From positions 1-56,639 of the forward strand of contig LWCA01000087.1 of the NCBI GenBank assembly GCA_001642005.1: DNA of 56,639 bases. The letters run 5' to 3'. The DNA is from Intoshia linei (taxonomy: Eukaryota > Animalia > Orthonectida). Under the pieces are notes generated by a model. That model searched no databases. It worked only from the letters and a program-made list of their open reading frames with translations, and was not told where the DNA came from. The position numbers and the translations under genes are program-made. Shown here in pieces: positions 53,601 to 56,639 of the stretch. Every line of letters begins with the position of its first letter. The stretch's first letter is position 1.

Positions 53601-55002
53601 TAGCCCCGTTTTTCAATTTAAAATAAATTTTTTCAATTTCCCGAACTCGTTCAAAATGTTTGACAATACTATTCATCAAGTAAATGTACGAAATCAACAC
53701 AAATAAATGCGAATCATTTTCAGATTTTGTCAAATCCATATCTGGATCAAGATTCTAAAACAAAATAAAATATATATTTTAAAAAAATTACCGGATTCTT
53801 CTTTTTGAGAGATTCAAGAGCTTCAACTATAATATTGTTAAAATTGTTGGCAGATCTGTAAATTTTTTTTAATTTTACATCTTCAATGTTTTTATCCATT
53901 TTTTTGTCCATAAATGTTACACTCACCACTAATGGTAAAATGTAACATTCTTTCAATAATGGTGATTCCATTAATTGTATCAAACAGAATAAACATTTCT
54001 CATCGCGTACATTAATGTCAACATTTTCCCACAAAATGGATTTGTAATTTTCTGAATGTTTCATAACAGTATTCTCAATCAATTCCTAAATAAATGTATT
54101 CCTTATTCAAATTCAAAGTATACCTCCAATTTAGAATTAAAAATGTCTTGATTCTGATAGTTGTCGTCACTTAAATTGATAACTTTTGAAGGATCGACGG
54201 GATCATCCGTAAGTTCATAACTACAGTATCTCAACAGAGTTTCAATGTTGCTGGTTATGCTTTTATAAACACGTTCTTGGATAGGGTTCAAAGTTGGCAT
54301 TAGACCCTGATAAATTTTACTAAATGGGAAATTACATTGACAAATAAAATATACTTTGTATTGGAATAATGTAAAGATGCAACTTTAAAATCTTCCTTTT
54401 CAAATGCTAGATTTCCTTTCATCCAATTTAGATAAGCCTAATTAATTAAATGAATCAATTTTACGGATAGTGGATACACTCGTTTCCAATTTTGATCTAG
54501 CATCCGTTTTTTGAGAATTTACCAAATTATCAAGTTTAACGGCCCATAAAATTGATTTTACTAATTTTGAAATGAAATGGTGTCGTTTTCTCGGATACTT
54601 TGTTGTCAATTGTTTTAATTGCATAGCATAAGACCAACAACGTTCTGCTTGTAATAAGAGCATATAAAAGAACCTGTTAGTGACAAAATATCAAATGTAC
54701 TTACTTTTCATTAAATGACACATATTGGCTATAATTTACCAGCATTTTACGATTTTTTATTTTTTCTTGTCTTTTTATAGTTTTTCGTAAACGATATAGA
54801 GCTCGTGTAAGATATTCTCTATTTTCATATCTTAAAATGTTAATAACAAAAAGTACCTATATCTTTGATAATCTTGATGTTTCAATCCATTCATTGATCG
54901 GTAATTGTTGCACAATTCCATAACTAAATATTAAAATCAAATCCTACGTGAAATCTGTATATTTCTGGTTACAAAGTATTGGAAATAAAATTTTACATCC
55001 AT
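50690..55002 (-). CDS. SRP68: Signal recognition particle subunit SRP68; multi-exon, start codon uncertain
   Basis: NGLKHQDYQRYR, LLLQAERCWSYAMQLKQ..PRKRHH and IETLLRYCSY. The last exon QPELYYRDLSEKFIEYPSL...GYINKFWPFSRKN* matches the SRP68 C-terminus (KPLFFDLALNHVAFPPL...GYIKGIFGF). Confidence 0.9.
51667..52140 (+). repeat. Further copy of the 6392-7406 repeat family, in SRP68 intron
   Basis: Starts ATCCTAACTTATATAAAA...TTTGTTTGTG and contains ATCTTCAGGATCAAAAACCCAAATTAC...TAGAATTT units. The end is approximate. Confidence 0.55.
52742..53257. mobile_element. hAT (Buster-type) MITE in SRP68 intron
   Basis: Perfect 16-bp TIR CAGGGGTTCCCAAAGT / ACTTTGGGAACCCCTG; perfect TSD CGATATAC. Confidence 0.9.
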
Positions 55003-56280
55003 TATCTGAAAAAATCGGATTGAACACGGGATGATTTTTCAGGATTGATATTAATGAACAAACTATATTTACTTTCCACCTCTAAATTTTGCCTTGTATT
55101 TTTTAAAAATTAATGACTACTGTCTTTTCTCGATTATATTCAGACCCCTGAAATACAAATTTTTAGTGAAATTTTTAACTAAATAAAATTTGAATGTAAG
55201 CAGTTTCTGATTGTATTCGAAAGAAAGAACTTTAAACAAAAAATAGACAACATATCAATTTATTTTTAAAAAATAACTCTCTTCATACAATAGAATGTCT
55301 AATTTATAAGTTTATAGTAATTAGAAAAAAACTTTTAATGTATTTTTTATATTTTTCAAGGTTTGCTTAAAAGTCTGCTTGTTTTTGATTATGAGCATTT
55401 TTCCTTCTTCTCTCGAATATAAGAAAACTTCTTATAATCAAAAAAAGATATTAGTAACGCGCCTAATTTTGTTTAGCGATGCACCATAGCGCGTTTTTGG
55501 AACTACTGGTTTAATTAAATATTTTCAAAGATTTTTCATATTACACGTACATATTATGTATGTGGCATGGTTTTTTTCATTAAATGTTAATAACCCTATT
55601 GGACATATAATATTAACAAAATTAATTACCATAAAAATTTAACTGCTTAGTATTTTCAGACATTATTAAATTGAAATAATCTTTAGAAAGAAAATGTAAA
55701 TCTATTTTTAATAAAGTTTTTTTTAATTTAAAATGTATATTTGTGTCTGTTGAACAGAGTGTTCAACTGACGCTGTGGAGGACAAATACTGACAATTTGT
55801 TTCGGCAAGTGTGTCTTCGAACGAGTCTTCGTTGGCAGTGTATCTTCGAATTCGAAATTCAGAATATTTGTAAATTTATAAAATACTATTTATTAATTAT
55901 ATAAAATAAAATTCTATAAACAACAAAAGGATTCGAATAAATAACCAAGATTTTAATTTTTCTGTTTTAAAATTAATTGCACCTCATACAGATAACTTAC
56001 ATGATAAAGATTATAAATACGGTAAAGTTGATGTTATATCACTAAAAAAAGCCGATATGGCATCTATTATTACAAATACCTCTATTCGAAAAATCATATT
56101 AATGCTAAAAATGTCCAACAATGAATCAAATAAAGGTTCAAACCAAGTAAAAGTTCACTATTTTATAATATAAACAAAATTTTAAAAATCGTTTAAATTT
56201 ATTAAAAAATTAAAATAATTATAATTAAAATTTAAAAATAAGAAACTTTAATAAATGATGTATCTTCGTTTATCCAGAAC

Positions 56281-56639
56281 TTGTGTTTACATTTTGACGG
56301 AAAAAGAACTCGTTGTTATGATAATAATATTGTGGAGTTTTTATCGGTGTGTCTCACATCGGATGGATTTTCTAAGATGATTGCTCTTGGAACTCTGACT
56401 AATTCCAAAAGCGATACAATATTTACTAAATTACAAAAAGTGATTACAAAATACAATATTTTATTCAGAATTAAACTCATCATATGTGATACCACTGCAA
56501 CAAATACTGGACGCATCAATGAAGTTGTTGCACAAATGCAGAGACTAAACGGTAATATATTATAATATAGAATATGAAGGATATATTATGTCCTAGATTT
56601 GATTTTGAAGCATGTTTTAAATCAGATATTTGGATGTGG
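56281..56639 (+). mobile_element. hATm-like DNA transposase fragment (disrupted, runs off the window)
   Basis: LHFDGK...ICDTTATNTG motifs typical of hATm-type transposases, followed by a stop. Confidence 0.65.

Overview
This is very AT-rich eukaryotic (metazoan) genomic DNA. Genes are densely packed and broken by many tiny GT-AG introns (about 30-55 nt) plus a few kb-sized introns filled with DNA-transposon debris. The architecture resembles a compacted parasite genome such as the orthonectid Intoshia; that is inference, not a database result. Manual splicing supports these genes in order: GPI-type thioester protein (CD109/TEP, +), SEPT6-group septin (+), U11/U12 snRNP 35K (-), ABHD17 (+), GRASP55/65 (-), synaptobrevin/VAMP (-), a divergent KIF1/UNC-104 kinesin-3 (+), three clustered EF-hand genes (myosin-light-chain-like -, calmodulin -, calmodulin-like +), casein kinase 1 (+), a single-EGF transmembrane protein (+) and SRP68 (-). 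Several of these are absent from the ORF track because their exons are short. Mobile DNA includes Chapaev-like, Tc1, Tip100-like hAT and hATm-like transposase remnants and many MITEs. The most notable observations are four: (1) the KIF1/UNC-104 appears to lack its FHA/CC2 module and K-loop and sits head-to-head with synaptobrevin; (2) convergent gene pairs have stop codons only 4-5 bp apart, implying antisense overlap of terminal exons; (3) the EGF gene has the diagnostic C4-C5 intron of EGFR ligands; (4) the calmodulin has a selectively diverged C-lobe inside an EF-hand gene cluster. All exon models were built by eye and need RNA-seq confirmation.
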